From NCBI RefSeq assembly GCF_018350175.1, contig NC_058383.1, positions 29,514,001 through 29,578,000 on the forward strand: a DNA stretch of 64,000 bases, written 5' to 3'. Every line of letters starts with the position of its first letter. Position 1 is the first letter of the stretch. Position numbers and translations under genes: made by a program. This DNA comes from Felis catus. Taxonomy: Eukaryota. This document shows, in pieces, positions 12,371-25,414 of the stretch. The notes below the pieces were generated by a model. That model ran no database searches, was not told the origin of the DNA, and was given only the letters and a program-made list of their open reading frames with translations.

Positions 12371-12639
12371 ATGGTGAGCAGGAATTCAGAGGCAGGGAGC
12401 TGAGCCTTCCCCCTCCTTTCTTTTCTTAAAGAAGCCCTGTGGGTTTGGAGGCAGGGTCACATCTGGAAAGAACAGGGGTGCACAGAGCATCTAACCCTGG
12501 GTCGTGATTCCGCGCCACCCCTGCCCGGCCCTGAGCTTTGGGGCAAGTGACTTAATCTCCTAGAAGTGTAATTTCCCCATGGTTCAAGGGGGATGGTGTA
12601 AAGATGCCCAAACTCACTCGTACTCAGGGGGACGTAAAA

Positions 12640-13325
12640 TTAAAATATCGAATGGCCACTATCAAAAAAAAAAAAAACAAAACCCGCAGAAAATAACCCA
12701 TGTCGGCAAGGATGTGGTTGTACACCCTTGGAAGCGGTGTAAGATGATGCAGCCGGAGAATAGGGTGACGGTTCCTTGGAAATCAAAAACAAAATTACCA
12801 TGTGGCCCAGCAATCCCGCTTCTAGGTCCATACCCAGAAGAATGCTGTGCTCCCAGCAACATTGTTCAGAATAGCCAAGAAATGGAAGCGACCCAAATAT
12901 CCATCTATGAATGCACTGCTAAGGAAAATGTGGTCTATCCATTCCACGGACTATGCTTCAGCCTCAGAAATGAGGGAGATCATGTCACCCTGCTACAGCG
13001 TGGATGACCCCCGAGGACAGTGCGCTAAGTGAAACGAGCCGGGCGTAAAAAGACAAAATGGTATGTTTCCACCCATACGTGTTGTCTGAAGTAGTCAAAT
13101 TCATAGGAACGCAAGGTCGAATGCTGGTTGCCAGGGGCGGCGGGGAGGAGGGGTGGGGGGTTCTTGTTCAGTGGGTACAGAGCTTCCGTTTTGCGAGATG
13201 AAAAAGTTCTGGGGAGCTGCTGGACAGCAACGTGTATGTACTTGACGTGACATAGCTGCACACTTAAAAATGGTCAAGATGGTCAGTCGTATGTGATCTG
13301 GTCTTTACCCCAGTTAAAAAAAAAA
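12640..13325 (+). mobile_element. L1MB-like 3' end
   Basis: cccagcaatcccgcttctagg, aatagccaagaaatggaagc, aaaatgtggtctatccat, cacttaaaaatgg. Confidence 0.85.
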
Positions 13326-13466
13326 TCAGAATATCGAGATACCATTTCTCTACCTGAAAGTTGTCTCAACTCAAAGTTTTGGGCAACATCAAGAAGTTAG
13401 TAATAGTGTGGAGAAACGGAGACATTTCTATGACGTGGGGGGAGGGAAATTAGGATAACTACTGTT

Positions 13467-13681
13467 CTTTTAAAAAATGTTTAATGTTTATTTATTTGGG
13501 GGGGGGGGTGGAGAGAGAGAGAGAGGAGGGCCAGAGAGAAAGGGAGACACAGAATCCAAAGCAGGCTCCAGGCTCTGAGCTGTCGGCCCAGAGCCCGACG
13601 CGGGGCTCAAGCTCACGAACCGTGAGGTCATGACCTGAGCCGAAGTCAGACGCTTAACCGACTGAACCACTCAGGCTCCCC
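13467..13681 (-). mobile_element. Can-SINE
   Basis: Reverse SINE text. Confidence 0.95.
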
Positions 13682-14039
13682 TCATCATCTATCCTAAGAC
13701 ATGTACAAGGATGTTTCAGTCATCGGTGTTATAAATGCAAAAAATTAGAAAGAATCGAAATGGCCATTAGTAGGCGAATGGATCCATAAAAATGGCAAAT
13801 GTTTATAATTTCAGAGAAAGAATCAGCTTGAACACAGATTGATCTCAAAAATGTATTATTGAGCAGGGAAGAAAGCAGATTAGATATTTATATATAGCAT
13901 ATCACTTGTATATATGTGCATATATAATTAAAAGAACACAAAATACTAGTATATATTTTTTTGCATATACAAATATAGACAAGGTAACCAAAAAATAGTT
14001 AATCACTAAATAAAACTCTTATTACCTCCTCCCGTGTCA

Positions 14040-14524
14040 ATCTCTGAACTAGCCCCCAGTGATCCCTACCTGTTGGATTCATTCCCTTGTGGGGTTCCCT
14101 CCCGCAGTAAATGGGGCTGACCTGTGCTCTATTCATCCCAGAGTCCCCAGTAGAACACTGTGGAAATCACACTTTAGGACTTCTAAGACTAGGATATAAA
14201 AGACATTGTGGTTTCCTTCTTGCTCTCTTGTTTTCTCCAATTTCTCATTCTGGAAGAAGCCAGCCACCATATTGTGAGGACACTCAAGCCGTGTGACAAG
14301 GAACTAACAGGTCCCTCTGACAGCCAGCACCGGCTCGATCCACCTTTGACATACCTACCTACTCCCAGTCAAGCCTTTAGGTGACTGATTGCACCTCTTG
14401 AGACACCTTAAACCCGAACCACCCAACTAAGTTGCTTCTGAATTCCCGACCCATGGGCACTGTGATATAATAAATATGAAGGGTTTTAAGCCACTAGATT
14501 TGAGGGTAATAGGTAACTGATGCA
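14040..14524 (+). mobile_element. Old MaLR LTR (MLT1F/G-like)
   Basis: gaagccagccaccatattgtgagg, ccagtcaagcctttaggtgac, ttttaagccactagatttgagggtaat. Confidence 0.7.
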
Positions 14525-14750
14525 GTTATAGTTGTCTCCTTAATGCTCTGGGCCTGCGGTCTGTTCTCCTCTTGCTCGGCAGGTGTCAGAAAGGTAACAT
14601 CAGAAAGTCACGTTAGGACTGAACCAAAACTTTTGTTCTTCAAGTAATCGGAAGGACTGGCTGTTCTTCAAGGCTTATTTCTGCATTTGATGTAAAGTCA
14701 ATTCCACTAGAAGCAAGAACCCATACGGTGAGAAGCACTGAACTGGCCAG

Positions 14751-15139
14751 TTGTGGGCTCGGCTGGGTCCCCCACCCCTCAAATTCATATGTTGAAGTCC
14801 TCATCCTCACTTCCTCAGAATGGGACTGTATTTGAAGACAGGGCCTTTAAAGAGGTCATTAAGTTGAAATGAGTTCATTAGGGTGAACCCTCATTCAATA
14901 GGACTGGTATCCTTATAAGAAGGTGAGGCCACAGACACACACATAGAGGGACAGCCATGTGCAGACACAGGGAGAAGTCGACCATCCACAAGCCAAGGAG
15001 AGCGCTCTCACCAGAACCCAGCCATGCTGGCAACGTGAGCTTGGACTTTGAGCCTCCACAATTGTGACAGAATAAATCTATGTTGCTTAAACCACCCATC
15101 TGTGGTGTTTCGTGTTGGTTCTCCCAGCAAACTAACACA
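14751..15139 (+). mobile_element. MaLR LTR (MLT1B-like)
   Basis: aaattcatatgttgaagtcc...gggcctttaaagagg...gactggtatccttataagaagg...aataaatctatgttg. Confidence 0.85.
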
Positions 15140-15455
15140 TAGTCTAACACACTTGCTTTACAAATCATGGCCTTACATCCAAAGGGCAGAAGTGACTTGG
15201 CCAAGGTCACAGAGAGAAGACAGAGCAGCAGAGCAGTGAAAGCCCCTCTCTCCTCACTGGAGTCCAGCGGTTCTTCTAATAAGTGAGGCCAAGTCCCCCC
15301 AGTGGAGAAGAATTCTCAGAAAATGCTTACAGATGACATTTGAGTTCCTTGTTCCTTGTTCAAGATGGCGAGTGAGTGGCCTCTGCTCACAGCCCCATCA
15401 CCTTCTCTGCCTCAGGCATTGAAATTTTTTCAAGTATTTAAAAAATATGTTTCTT

Positions 15456-15685
15456 GGGGCGCCTGGGTGGCGCAGTCGGTTAAGCGTCCGACTTCAGCCA
15501 GGTCACGATCTCGCGGTCCGTGAGTTCGAGCCCCGCGTCGGGCTCTGGGCTGATGGCTCAGAGCCTGGAGCCTGTTTCCGATTCTGTGTCTCCCTCTCTC
15601 TCTGTCCCTCCCCCGTTCATGCTCTGTCTCTCTCTGTCCCAAAAATAAATAAACGTTGAAAAAAAATTTTTAAAAAAATAAAAAT
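15456..15685 (+). mobile_element. Young felid SINE (SINEC_Fc type)
   Basis: CpG-intact consensus-like body; perfect 16-bp TSD aaaaaatatgtttctt (15440-15455, 15686-15701). Confidence 0.97.
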
Positions 15686-15701
15686 AAAAAATATGTTTCT
15701 T

Positions 15702-15708
15702 TATTTAT

Positions 15709-15747
<39 letters not shown>

Positions 15748-15925
15748 CAAGCACAAGCAGAGAAGGGACGGGGGCGGTGGGGGGGAGGGAACACAGAATC
15801 CGAAGCAGGCTCCAGGCTCGGAGCTGTCCATGCAGAAACCGATGGGGGGCTCGAACCCACGAACTGTGAGATCATGACCTGAGGCAAAGTCGGACGCTTA
15901 ACTGAGTGAACCCCTCAGGCACCCC
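15702..15925 (-). mobile_element. Can-SINE
   Basis: Reverse SINE with (GA)n. Confidence 0.95.
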
Positions 15926-16114
15926 AACACACTGCAATTTTTAAGAACCAGCCCAGGTTTGATTTCCTCCTTCCAGGTTCACCTCCCATTAGAAAAGCAG
16001 TCATCAGGGAATTATGCTACTTTCTAGGAAGCAAAGACAGCAAAGCCTTCAGAGCATCCAACGTGGAAGTGATGGCCAGAAGCCCATGAACTTTCATGGC
16101 TCACATAAGTACAT

Positions 16115-16153
<39 letters not shown>

Positions 16154-16566
16154 TCCTCTATGTAAAGAGACACTCTTGGTGGAAGACAGCCCTCCTTCCG
16201 ATGAAAATCTGTCTCTGCGCGTGTAATTCCAAAAGCCACTGGTCAACTCCATCTGGGTGTTTCCTCAACAACTAAATCTTGACAAGCCCCAGATGGACTC
16301 AGCTTCCCTCCGACATCTCCGCCTACCATGGCTCAGACTTCATTTAATGAAATTGCCGTCACAATAGCAGTGATCTACCTTGCGATGAGTTGCCAGGAAG
16401 ACGCCAGGTCCTTTACCCAAACTGTCAGTCACTCAAAAGCCAATCACGCAGAGTGGGGCTTATCACTGTGCTTCTCCAGGTGAGGATGCCCAGGCTTCCG
16501 ACGACGACGTGGTCACAGATCTTGTAAGTGGCAGAGCTGGGACACAGACCCACGTCTGCCCGACTC

Positions 16567-16760
16567 CAGGGCAAACTGGCGAGCCACATCTGGTCCGCAG
16601 ATGGGGTTTCTCTGACCGCAGGAGTGGGTTTTTGTTGCTTTTTGTTTTTAAGCCTAATTAGTCGCTAACGTTAAAAAGCCAGGACATTTCACATAAAAAG
16701 CCAGGTTTCTAGAACTTCCAGAAAACACACAAAAAGGGATAATCTGACATAACACTGAGA
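16567..16760 (-). mobile_element. MER102-like hAT fragment
   Basis: gcaaactggc...ccgcagatg...atttcacataaaaagccagg; related to 29330-29520 in the opposite orientation. Confidence 0.55.
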
Positions 16761-17984
16761 GGATCATCAACTTCTCTGGACCTAGTAGGGATCATAAAAA
16801 GGGCACAGCTGCTACTCAGCTCTAGAGAGTGTTTGGCGGTGGGGTGGGGGCTGGCCCAAAGTGTCACGATGGTGGTAATGGCTAGGGTTCAATGTATACT
16901 TTTCATGGGCCAGGGGAGTGTTCCGAGGCCAGACTCCAAAACACAAGGCCTGTGAAACCCTGGGTGAGGACAGATTTAGGTAATCCGGGTACTGGTTACT
17001 CAGGGATCGGTCCGTGTCCCCCGCAAGATGGTGAGAAGAGCCTCCCAGAGTCACTCCTGTCTCCGTCTCCCCAGAAGCTTCCAGAACATGTTTGCTGGGT
17101 CACGCTGAATAAGAATTAGTGACGATGGCGAGGTTCGTTCAGAGCCTGGTTGTCTCTCCTCTCCCCGGTAGAAGAAAAGAATCCGGGCGAAAATAAACGA
17201 ACACATACACACACCCTTTGAGCCCACACTTCCACCCAGAGGCATTTATGCAAAAGATATATTCACAGGAGAGCAGGGATCACACATGTCTGGGGAAATT
17301 CACAGCAGCATAATAATAGTAAAAAAAAAATTGGATACCGATCAGATACAGTTGGGTCCATGAGTCAGACAGACACGTATGTGGGAGACTGTGACACAGT
17401 GAACAGAGCACAGGCCAGGTCTCATTCTGCCCCCAGATGTGTTCTGTGGCCTCAGGCAAGTCACCCTGGAGTCAGGGAAGTGTGAAAGGGGTAATACCTA
17501 CGCCACTGAGTCCCCGAGGGTTTATATACGATCAACACTTAGAAGAGTACCTGGCACACATTTTTGGAAGCACGATCTAAGTGTGTTAGTAATAGTAGGA
17601 GTAATAACAGCAGCGGTACTTGGGGAGGGGTCTGCCACCTGCGGACCGTGTCCCCCGCTGTCACACGACGCCTCTGAACCTCAGCCTCCTGGTTTATGGG
17701 ACGAGGACAATCACGCGGGCTCAGGGAGGGGCACATTCTAATGCACTCTCCACAAGGTCACGTTCAGGGCGGGTCCAGTAGTTTAGGGTGTACCTGAGCA
17801 TGGCTTGGTGGCTTCGACTCCTCCTAGGTTTGGGGCCACACATCTGGAGGGCAGCCACCCCGGAAGTGAAATCTCCAAAGAGTCAAGGCCGGGTACTTCC
17901 TGACTATAGGAAAGCATGCCCTTCCAGGACCCAAAGGCAAGGTTGACCCAGCGGGGAAACTGCGGTGTTTTGACACTCAGGCTT

Positions 17985-18403
17985 TGCCTTTCCCAGGGCT
18001 CCCACCACCAGCTGGGGTGACTCAAATGGCAGAAATTTACTGTCTCTCCATTCCGGAGGCTGTAAGTCCAAGATCAAAATGTCAGCAGGGTTGGTAACTT
18101 GTGAGGCTGGAAAGGAGGATCTGTTCCATGCCTGTCTCCCAGCTTCGGGGAGCCTCGGGCACCCCTTGGTGTGTTCTCTCTGTGTCTTCACATCGTCTTC
18201 CCTCTGCAGGTGACTGTCTCCGGGCCCAGTGTTGTTGTTTTTATAAGGACGCCGGTCTTACCGGATTCGGGACCCCTCTAATCAAGTACAACTGCACCTT
18301 AACTTGATCGTTCGCAAAGACTCTGTTTCCAAATAAGTCACATCCACAGGCACTGGGGTCCTCAACATCTCTGGGGGGAGGGGGACACAGTTCAGGCCGT
18401 AAC
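17985..18403 (-). mobile_element. MaLR LTR (MLT1B/C-like)
   Basis: cagaaattta...ggaggctgtaagtccaagatcaa...ttataaggac...ctgtttccaaataagtcaca...ggggacacagttca. Confidence 0.85.
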
Positions 18404-20591
18404 TGGCCTGTGTCAGTGAGTGGGAAGGAGGGCCCTACTGTCCCAGGCCCACCGCCCCCCCTCCCCCAGTTGCCGATCTCCACCGCCCCTCATTTTTGCC
18501 CTTACTTCACATTCTCTATCCAGAAAACAAACTTACATCCTTCCTGTACGTTCAACTTAAATAATGATACTCATTTCAGGATGGCTCTGATAACGCCAGC
18601 TACTTCTCTAGTACATGTTAAAACATACACATTAAAATGATAAATGTTGTTCCACGCACCAAGGTTTGGGAAACGCTGACCTCATTTAGTCCCAGACTTT
18701 TTTCTTTTTCTTTCCCCCGCCTCGATATGATTGAAGAGAGGCCCAGGGCTACATGAGACTTGCCCCGTCCTGCAGGCGCCCTGGATATCCCTCCCCCGAT
18801 GTCTCTTCCCATCAGAGGCTTACCCTTGGGTCTGTCCTCACAAGATGGTCCCCTGTTCTCTGGATGTTTCTTTTAAATAACTTTTTTTTTTTTTTAGCAC
18901 AGCGTGACGTGACCTTAGATAATCAGCTCTAATCCCCAGGGACATGCTCACGGGGTCTCCTGCCCGCGCTAGGGTGTGGTTCCTAAAAGCACAGAGCCCG
19001 GCCCCAGACTGCCTGATGTGGCTGTCCCCCTCCCCTCTGAAGAGCGACTTTCAACTAGCACCTGCCTGCTGGGAAGAGGAAGGGAGTTAATGCGTGCAGA
19101 CCATCTACACGGTGTCTAGCACACAGAGAGCAGTTGGGGTCAACTTAAAACAATATCCCCCCCCCCCACCACCACCACTTTCATTGTCTGCTGAGTTCCA
19201 GCCCAGGCACCTTGCACGCCTTCTTTCATCCTTAAAGCAGTTCGAGGAGGCTCATATGATGATTCCATTTCACAGATGATAAAATGGAGGCGTAGGACGG
19301 CGGCCTCCGTACCTTTCCCTCCTGCAGCAAATCAGTAACGGGACCAGGGGCTGAACCCGATTCCGTCTTACTCTGTAGCAATGTGGTGAGGGCGGAGAGG
19401 AGGTGAGCACGAGCTGGGAACCAGGAGACCAGGTCTGGGGAGACTTTGGGTTCCTGCCTCTGCAGGGAGGTCACCAACCCTCCATGGACCTCTGTTTCCT
19501 CATCAGGAAATAAAGGCTTTGGATTGATTGCTTTGAGACTCCTGCTGACTCTGAGACCTGTCGCTTCTGTGACAACCCAGCTGGGCCAGAGGGGGGAGTC
19601 AGCAGGAGCCAGCCCTCCAGGGCACTGAGCTCCCCTCCTCCTTGTGCGCCCTGAGGCCACTGGTGGCTGATCCCAGACAGGCTTTCGCCCTGTGCCCTCC
19701 CCTCTCCATGCCCAGGCACCTACTCCACGAAGCTCAGGGCATCTGAGGACGTGGAGGATGTTATCTGGCCCAGAACGCTGGGGCCCAGTTTCCAGGGATT
19801 GAGTCAGGTGAGGCGGCAGGTAACCCAGATAACCGCTCTCCGCGCGGTCCCCAGAGGAGGCTGCCCGTGAGACCCGCTGCACCCAGGGGACAGCACGCGG
19901 GGGCAGCTGCCTCGGCTCCATTTTGATGGCGGGACACTGATTCCTCACGACAGCCACAGGGATAGATAGAGGAGGGGGCAGTTCAAGCAGCCCCTTAGAG
20001 CTGCAAATTCCACACCGCCATTCCCCACGTGCGCGGTGAAGATCACGATTTCGTCTCCCTGCCATTCAGGGTGCACCCACCAGGTGTGGGGCAGGGTGCT
20101 AACGGCTTTCCACGTGGTACTTTTTCCTTTTAAAACGACTAATGCTCACACAGCCCTGAGTCAGGAGTCTTGGGCCCCACTCTGGCATGGGAAAACCAAG
20201 ATTCTAAGACCTTACATATGGTGCCCGAGGGTTGGAAAGGGCAGACCTGGGATTCGAACCCCAGGTGCATACCATCTTGCCACCCTGATCAAAGGCCTTA
20301 CCACACCCCTGCCTCCCTGGCTGCCCTTTCAAGCCTTCCACACCCCCTTGAGATTGCCCTGGGTGCTTGCTTTAACTTACCCTCAGCTGGATACAAAGGA
20401 AAATTCAGGCAAGTGGATCAGTGGGAAGAACGAACCCACCCGGAAGGGTGGGCCCAACCCCTTCCATTGGTGCCCGATGCCGTCACAAAGAGGAAGGTGA
20501 AAGGCGTGGGGTTCCCTGACTACAATGAACCTGTCTAGCCCTAAGCCCTTGGCCTGAGTAATCTCAAAACCCACACAAGAGTCTAGTAAGC

Positions 20592-20615
20592 GGGGGGGGG
20601 GGGGGGGGGGGGGGG
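20592..20615. repeat. Poly-G (24 nt)
   Basis: Direct reading. Confidence 0.9.
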
Positions 20616-22281
20616 TGTCATTCCCATTTTACAGCTGGAAACACTGAGGTGTCTTGTCTCAAGATTATACACCTAGGAAGCCACAGCGGGGATTGAAACC
20701 CAGGCCTAAGAGCTTCAAAGGAAGAGAGTAAAATTCAGAGAGCTGTAGGCAGGCAGCTCAAAGCAGCTCAGAGCCCAAGTTCGTGCCAGGACAAGGGGCT
20801 CCTCCTCCCCAGGGCCATCTGCCCAACCAAATGGCCAGAAGGGAGTCCTGACAAGACTGTGTCCCCTGCCAGGCCTGGGCCAGTACTGCTGCCCTCAGCC
20901 CACCTGCTTGCTGCTTTTCCAAGAATCCACGGCTCTGTCACTCAGTGTCACAGACATCCATTTCCCAGCTCCAGGAAACCCAAGCCTCCCTACACCTGCC
21001 TAGCCCTGATCCTAGGACACCAGGCTGGGGGAGGGGTAGCAAGGAGTACAAAGACCCACAGAGTCAGACGAGGACAGACATTGCACTATGTGTGTTCGCT
21101 TATTCCCTGGTCACTTGTTTGCTAGGCACTTTGCTATGCACTACTGTAAGTCCTGGGAAAATCAGAGCGTACAAGTTGGATGGCTCCAGAAAGATACGTC
21201 ATCCTTTTTACGACTGTATACGGTTCTGTCGCCAACTCCAACTCTTACGAGTAAGCCCCCCTTTAAAGTTTGTTTTTTTTTAAAACTTTTTATTCTGAAA
21301 TAACTTTAGACTCACAAAAAGTTGCAAAATTAGTACAGAGTCCTTATGTACCTTCACTGGACTTTCCCCAGGGATAACATTTCGCGTAACCACGTACATT
21401 TTCAAGACTTGGAAACTGACAATGATACAATCGAATTCATTACACTGTACCACTTATCCAGAGTTCGGCAGTTTTTACCCGTGCTCCTTTTTATTATTAT
21501 TATCTCCAGCGTACAAATTTCAGCAAAGGTTTGGATTTGTGTAACCGCCATCACAATCGGGACACAGGATTGTTCTATCACCACAAAGAAACTCCCTCAT
21601 GTTACCCCTTTGTAGTTACATCCACACCTCCCCAAACCCCTGGTAACCACCGATCTGTTCTCTATCTCTATAATGTTGTTATTTCAAGATACTTGTACAC
21701 GGAAGCATACAGCATGTAACCTTTTGAGACTGGGTTGCTGTTGTAATTTTTATTCAACATAACACCCTTGAGATCCATCCAAGGTGTTGGATCTTATCAA
21801 TACTTCATTCCTCTTTGCGGCTGAGAAGTAATTGGTTTATCCATTTGCCTACTGAAGGACATCGGGCTGGTTCCTGTTCAAGGCTTTTACAAATAAAGCT
21901 GCTCTGAACAATCATGCACCGGTTTTTGTGTGGACGTAGGTTTTTAAATGTGCAGGGGCACAATTGCTGGGTCATATGGTGAATGCCTGTTTAACTACAA
22001 GAAATAGACAAATTCTTTTCTGGACTGACTGTACCACTGCTTGGGAATGTCACATTTCCCCCAGCAGTAGGAGACGTTGTGTGCTCTAAATCCCTACCAA
22101 CACTTAGTATGTCAGTAGTTTTTCAAGTGAGCCTTTCCAAAAGGTGCACAGTTATCCTTCGTCGTAGCTCTGTGTTTCACTTCCACAATGGCCACACCTT
22201 TCCACGTACATATCTGCTATCTGTATTTCTTCTTCAGTGAAATGTCTGTTCACATCTACTTTTGACCATTTCCTTAAAAAA

Positions 22282-22463
22282 ATTTTTTTTAATGTTTATT
22301 TATTTTTGAGAGAGAGAGGCTAAAAGAGCACAAACGGGAAGACGTAGAGAGAGAGGGAGACACAGAATCCGAAGCAGGCTCCAGACTCTGAGCTGTCAGC
22401 ACAGAACCCAATGTGGGGCTCGAACCCACGAACCATGAGATCAAGACCTGAGCTGAAGTTGGA
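22282..22463 (-). mobile_element. Can-SINE, head truncated
   Basis: Reverse SINE ending at gaagttggac. Confidence 0.9.
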
Positions 22464-22588
22464 CTAAAGTTTCACATTGTGATACTGTCCAACTTAACAG
22501 TATTTTCTCTTTTATGGATTGTGCTCTTGATGCCTTATATTGAACTCTTCTCCTAACCCTAGGTCACAAAGATCTCCTTCTATGTGTT

Positions 22589-22620
<32 letters not shown>

Positions 22621-23129
22621 GCTAGTCTTGTATTCTAATGCTTCACACACAGAGCTATGATCCACTTCAAGTTAATTTTTGTGCATGATGTGAGACTAGT
22701 TTGGGGGTCATATTTTGCTTATGGATGGCCAATTGTGTTTGCACCTTTATCAAAAATCAGTGGGGCACACTTGCGTGGGTCTGCTTTTGAGTTTTCTATC
22801 CTGTTCACATTGATCTACGTGTCTGTCCCGCTGCAATACCACAGTTTCCATTACCTTAACTATATAATGAGCCTTCACACCAGAGTGAACCTATAATCTC
22901 CCGCTTTCTTCTTTTCCAACACTGTTTTAGCTATTCTAGTCCCCTTGCCTTTACATGTAAATTTTAGAATCATATTGTCTGTATCTCCAAAAAACACTGC
23001 GGGGATTCTGAGAAGCAATGGGTTAAACCTACAAATCAGTGCGGGGAGTACGCAATGCTGAGTCTTGCAATTCATGAACGCAGCGTGTCTCTCCATTTAC
23101 TTAGGTCTTTTTAAAAATTTCCTTCATCA

Positions 23130-23360
23130 GGGCACCTGGGTGGCTCAGTCCGTTGAGCATCCGACTCTTGGTTTTGACTCAGGTCACGATCTTGCGCTTG
23201 TGGGGTCGAGTCTGTGGGGCTCTGCACTGAGTGTGGAGCCTGCATGGGATCCTCTCTCCCTCTCTCTCTCTCTCTCTCTCTGCTCCTTCCCCGCTTGCAC
23301 GCATATGTGTGTGTGTGCACGCTCACTCTCTCCCAAAATTAATAAATAAACATTAAAAAA
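23130..23360 (+). mobile_element. Can-SINE
   Basis: Head, (CT)n, tail; flanking aaaaatttcctt repeat. Confidence 0.95.
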
Positions 23361-23793
23361 TTTCCTTGGGAGAAGCGACTGTAAGCGATACTGTGTTTTG
23401 AAGTTTGGATCCAACTGTTCATCGCTAAGATGTAGAAAATAATCCATTTTTTTGGTGCTGACTTTGCATCCTGCAACCTTACGATACTCAATTAGTAGGT
23501 CTAGGAGCCATTTTTGGTTTTGTTTTGTTGTTTTCTTTGAGGTTCCCTAATGCTCTTCCAGGAATGTCCAGTTCGTCACTTAGCCTCAAAGACCTCCAGC
23601 TCTACGCTCCAGCAAACCCGAAACTTCTTGCAGCTGCCCAGCCAGGATCCCAGGGACACAGGGCCTGGGGGGCGGGGTACAAGGAACATGAAGACCTAGG
23701 TCCGGGCTCTGTTTTCCTGCCTTCGGTCAGACCGGAGGGCAGGCCTTGCACTAAGGTTATGTATTTATTCCTTAATACTTGATGCGTTCTTAC

Positions 23794-23818
23794 CATGCGC
23801 GAGCTGCCTTGGGAAGCC
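23794..23818 (-). other. Candidate 25-nt exon ending in ATG
   Basis: Minus strand reads CTTGTTTACTTTTGTTTTCCCAG|GGCTTCCCAAGGCAGCTCGCGCATG|GTAAGA. Confidence 0.3.
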
Positions 23819-24784
23819 CTGGGAAAACAAAAGTAAACAAGACGGAAGTGGCCATAAAGACCCACTTGTTCCTTTCTGTGGCTGTCCACTGCTCTCCAGC
23901 TATCTCGAAAGTTCGGTGACCAGGCGCCCTTAAAGTTCTGAACTTTCGGTGACTCTCACTTGTTGCCCATTGCTTTTGTACACACGAAGACTTGAACGAT
24001 ATGAATATATTCCGTGCCTTGCGAAAAAAGAAAAGGAAAAGGCTGTCTCGCATCGGGACTGACCCCACTTACTTGGGCGTCGGACTGCCCGGGTTCAGAT
24101 TCCAGCCCCATTAGATAACCTCGGGGAAGGTACTTAACTAAGTCTGTGCCTCGCCTTCCCCTTCTAGAACCAGCAAGGCTGCTGGTCTTATTAGAACAGG
24201 CGAAGTACAAACACGAATATGAAGTTTTGAAACAGAGCTAGAAGGCCCACATTTACTCCTTGCACCGCCTTCCGGGAGAAGCTGTGTTTTAATTCACCGT
24301 TCCTCTTTGGATGACGGTTTACTTGTCTCGTTTCTGCCGTGACAAAAAATACAGCAAAGGGCATCCCTCTCTGCGGCTCCTGTGTGGCTGTAAGGGATCC
24401 CGGAGAAGCGAAACCGCCGAGTCATGAGAAATGCCCGTTTTTCATTTTAATCGCTGCCGCCAGGCTGCCCTCCGTGGAGGCCGTATCCACTTACATCGTC
24501 TGGGCATTTCCATGTCTTCACACCCACAGCAACACTTGATATCATCCGACTTCAGGCCGCCTCTCTCTGGGGGAGAGAAGGGACCAGGAGGAAACATGGT
24601 GCCCAACGGAGACCTTGGCCTCGTTCTCGAATTTTCGATCTGCTTTCAAAATGTATTCTTGATAACTTAGGTAACTGAAAATGAATCCGACGCAACTCCC
24701 TCCCACGGCATACCCCTTACGGAACTTCAATCTCGTTGGGCGTAATACACACTGAGCAAACACATGGACAAAAGTTAGGCTTGA

Positions 24785-24974
24785 GCCTGGGTGGCTCAGT
24801 CGGTTAAGCGTCGGGCTCTTGTTTTCAGCTCAGCTCACGCTCTTAGGGTTCATGGGTTTGAGCCCCGAGTCAGGCTCTGTGCTGGCAGTGTGGAGCCTGC
24901 TTGGGATTCTCCCTTTCTCTCTCTCTCTCTGTCTCTCTCTCCCAGAATAAATAAGTAAACTTAAAAAAAAAAAA
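24785..24974 (+). mobile_element. Can-SINE
   Basis: gcctgggtggctcagtcggttaagcg head and A tail. Confidence 0.95.
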
Positions 24975-25414
24975 GTTATGCCTGCAAATGGTAAAAAGGG
25001 CCGTGGGGGACCGTGGCAGGACGTGGCAGTGCGGTTGCTGATGATAAGGTGGTTGATGGTGGTGACAGCTTGCTGCCACCGTGTGCCGGGCACAGTACTC
25101 AGCCCCCTGCGTGTGTCAACTCGTTTACTCCTCGTAACTACCCTCTGCGGCCGAGGTCGCTGTCTCCGCTGCGTGGACGACGAAATAAGCACGGAGCTTA
25201 AAAACTTCTCCGGCCTCACACAGCGAACAGAGGCACCAGGCTTTGAGCACGAGCAGTCTGGCTCCGGAGCCCAGATTCCTCACCAGCTCTGCGACAGCGG
25301 CCCTTACCTGCTGGAGAATTACCGCAGGTGGCACAAGGGGCCGTAAGAGCCATCGTAGTGCCACGTGATGCAAGCGCCAGGATGTAAATCCTGTCGCTCT
25401 GCCTCCTTGCTCAG

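Larger units (their letters stand above)
21285..23530 (-). mobile_element. Old L1 (L1MB/MC-like) 3' portion, SINE-interrupted
   Basis: Reverse L1 text: gagatccatccaaggtgttg, aattgctgggtcatatggt, gttttagctattctag, tttgcatcctgcaacctta. Confidence 0.85.

Noticed and set aside
15456..15540. tRNA-like A/B box sequence
   Set aside because: tRNA-derived SINE head followed by SINE body and tail, not a tRNA gene
19232..20065. 277-aa minus-strand ORF
   Set aside because: Runs through MIR-derived sequence; composition typical of random GC-rich translation; no known motif
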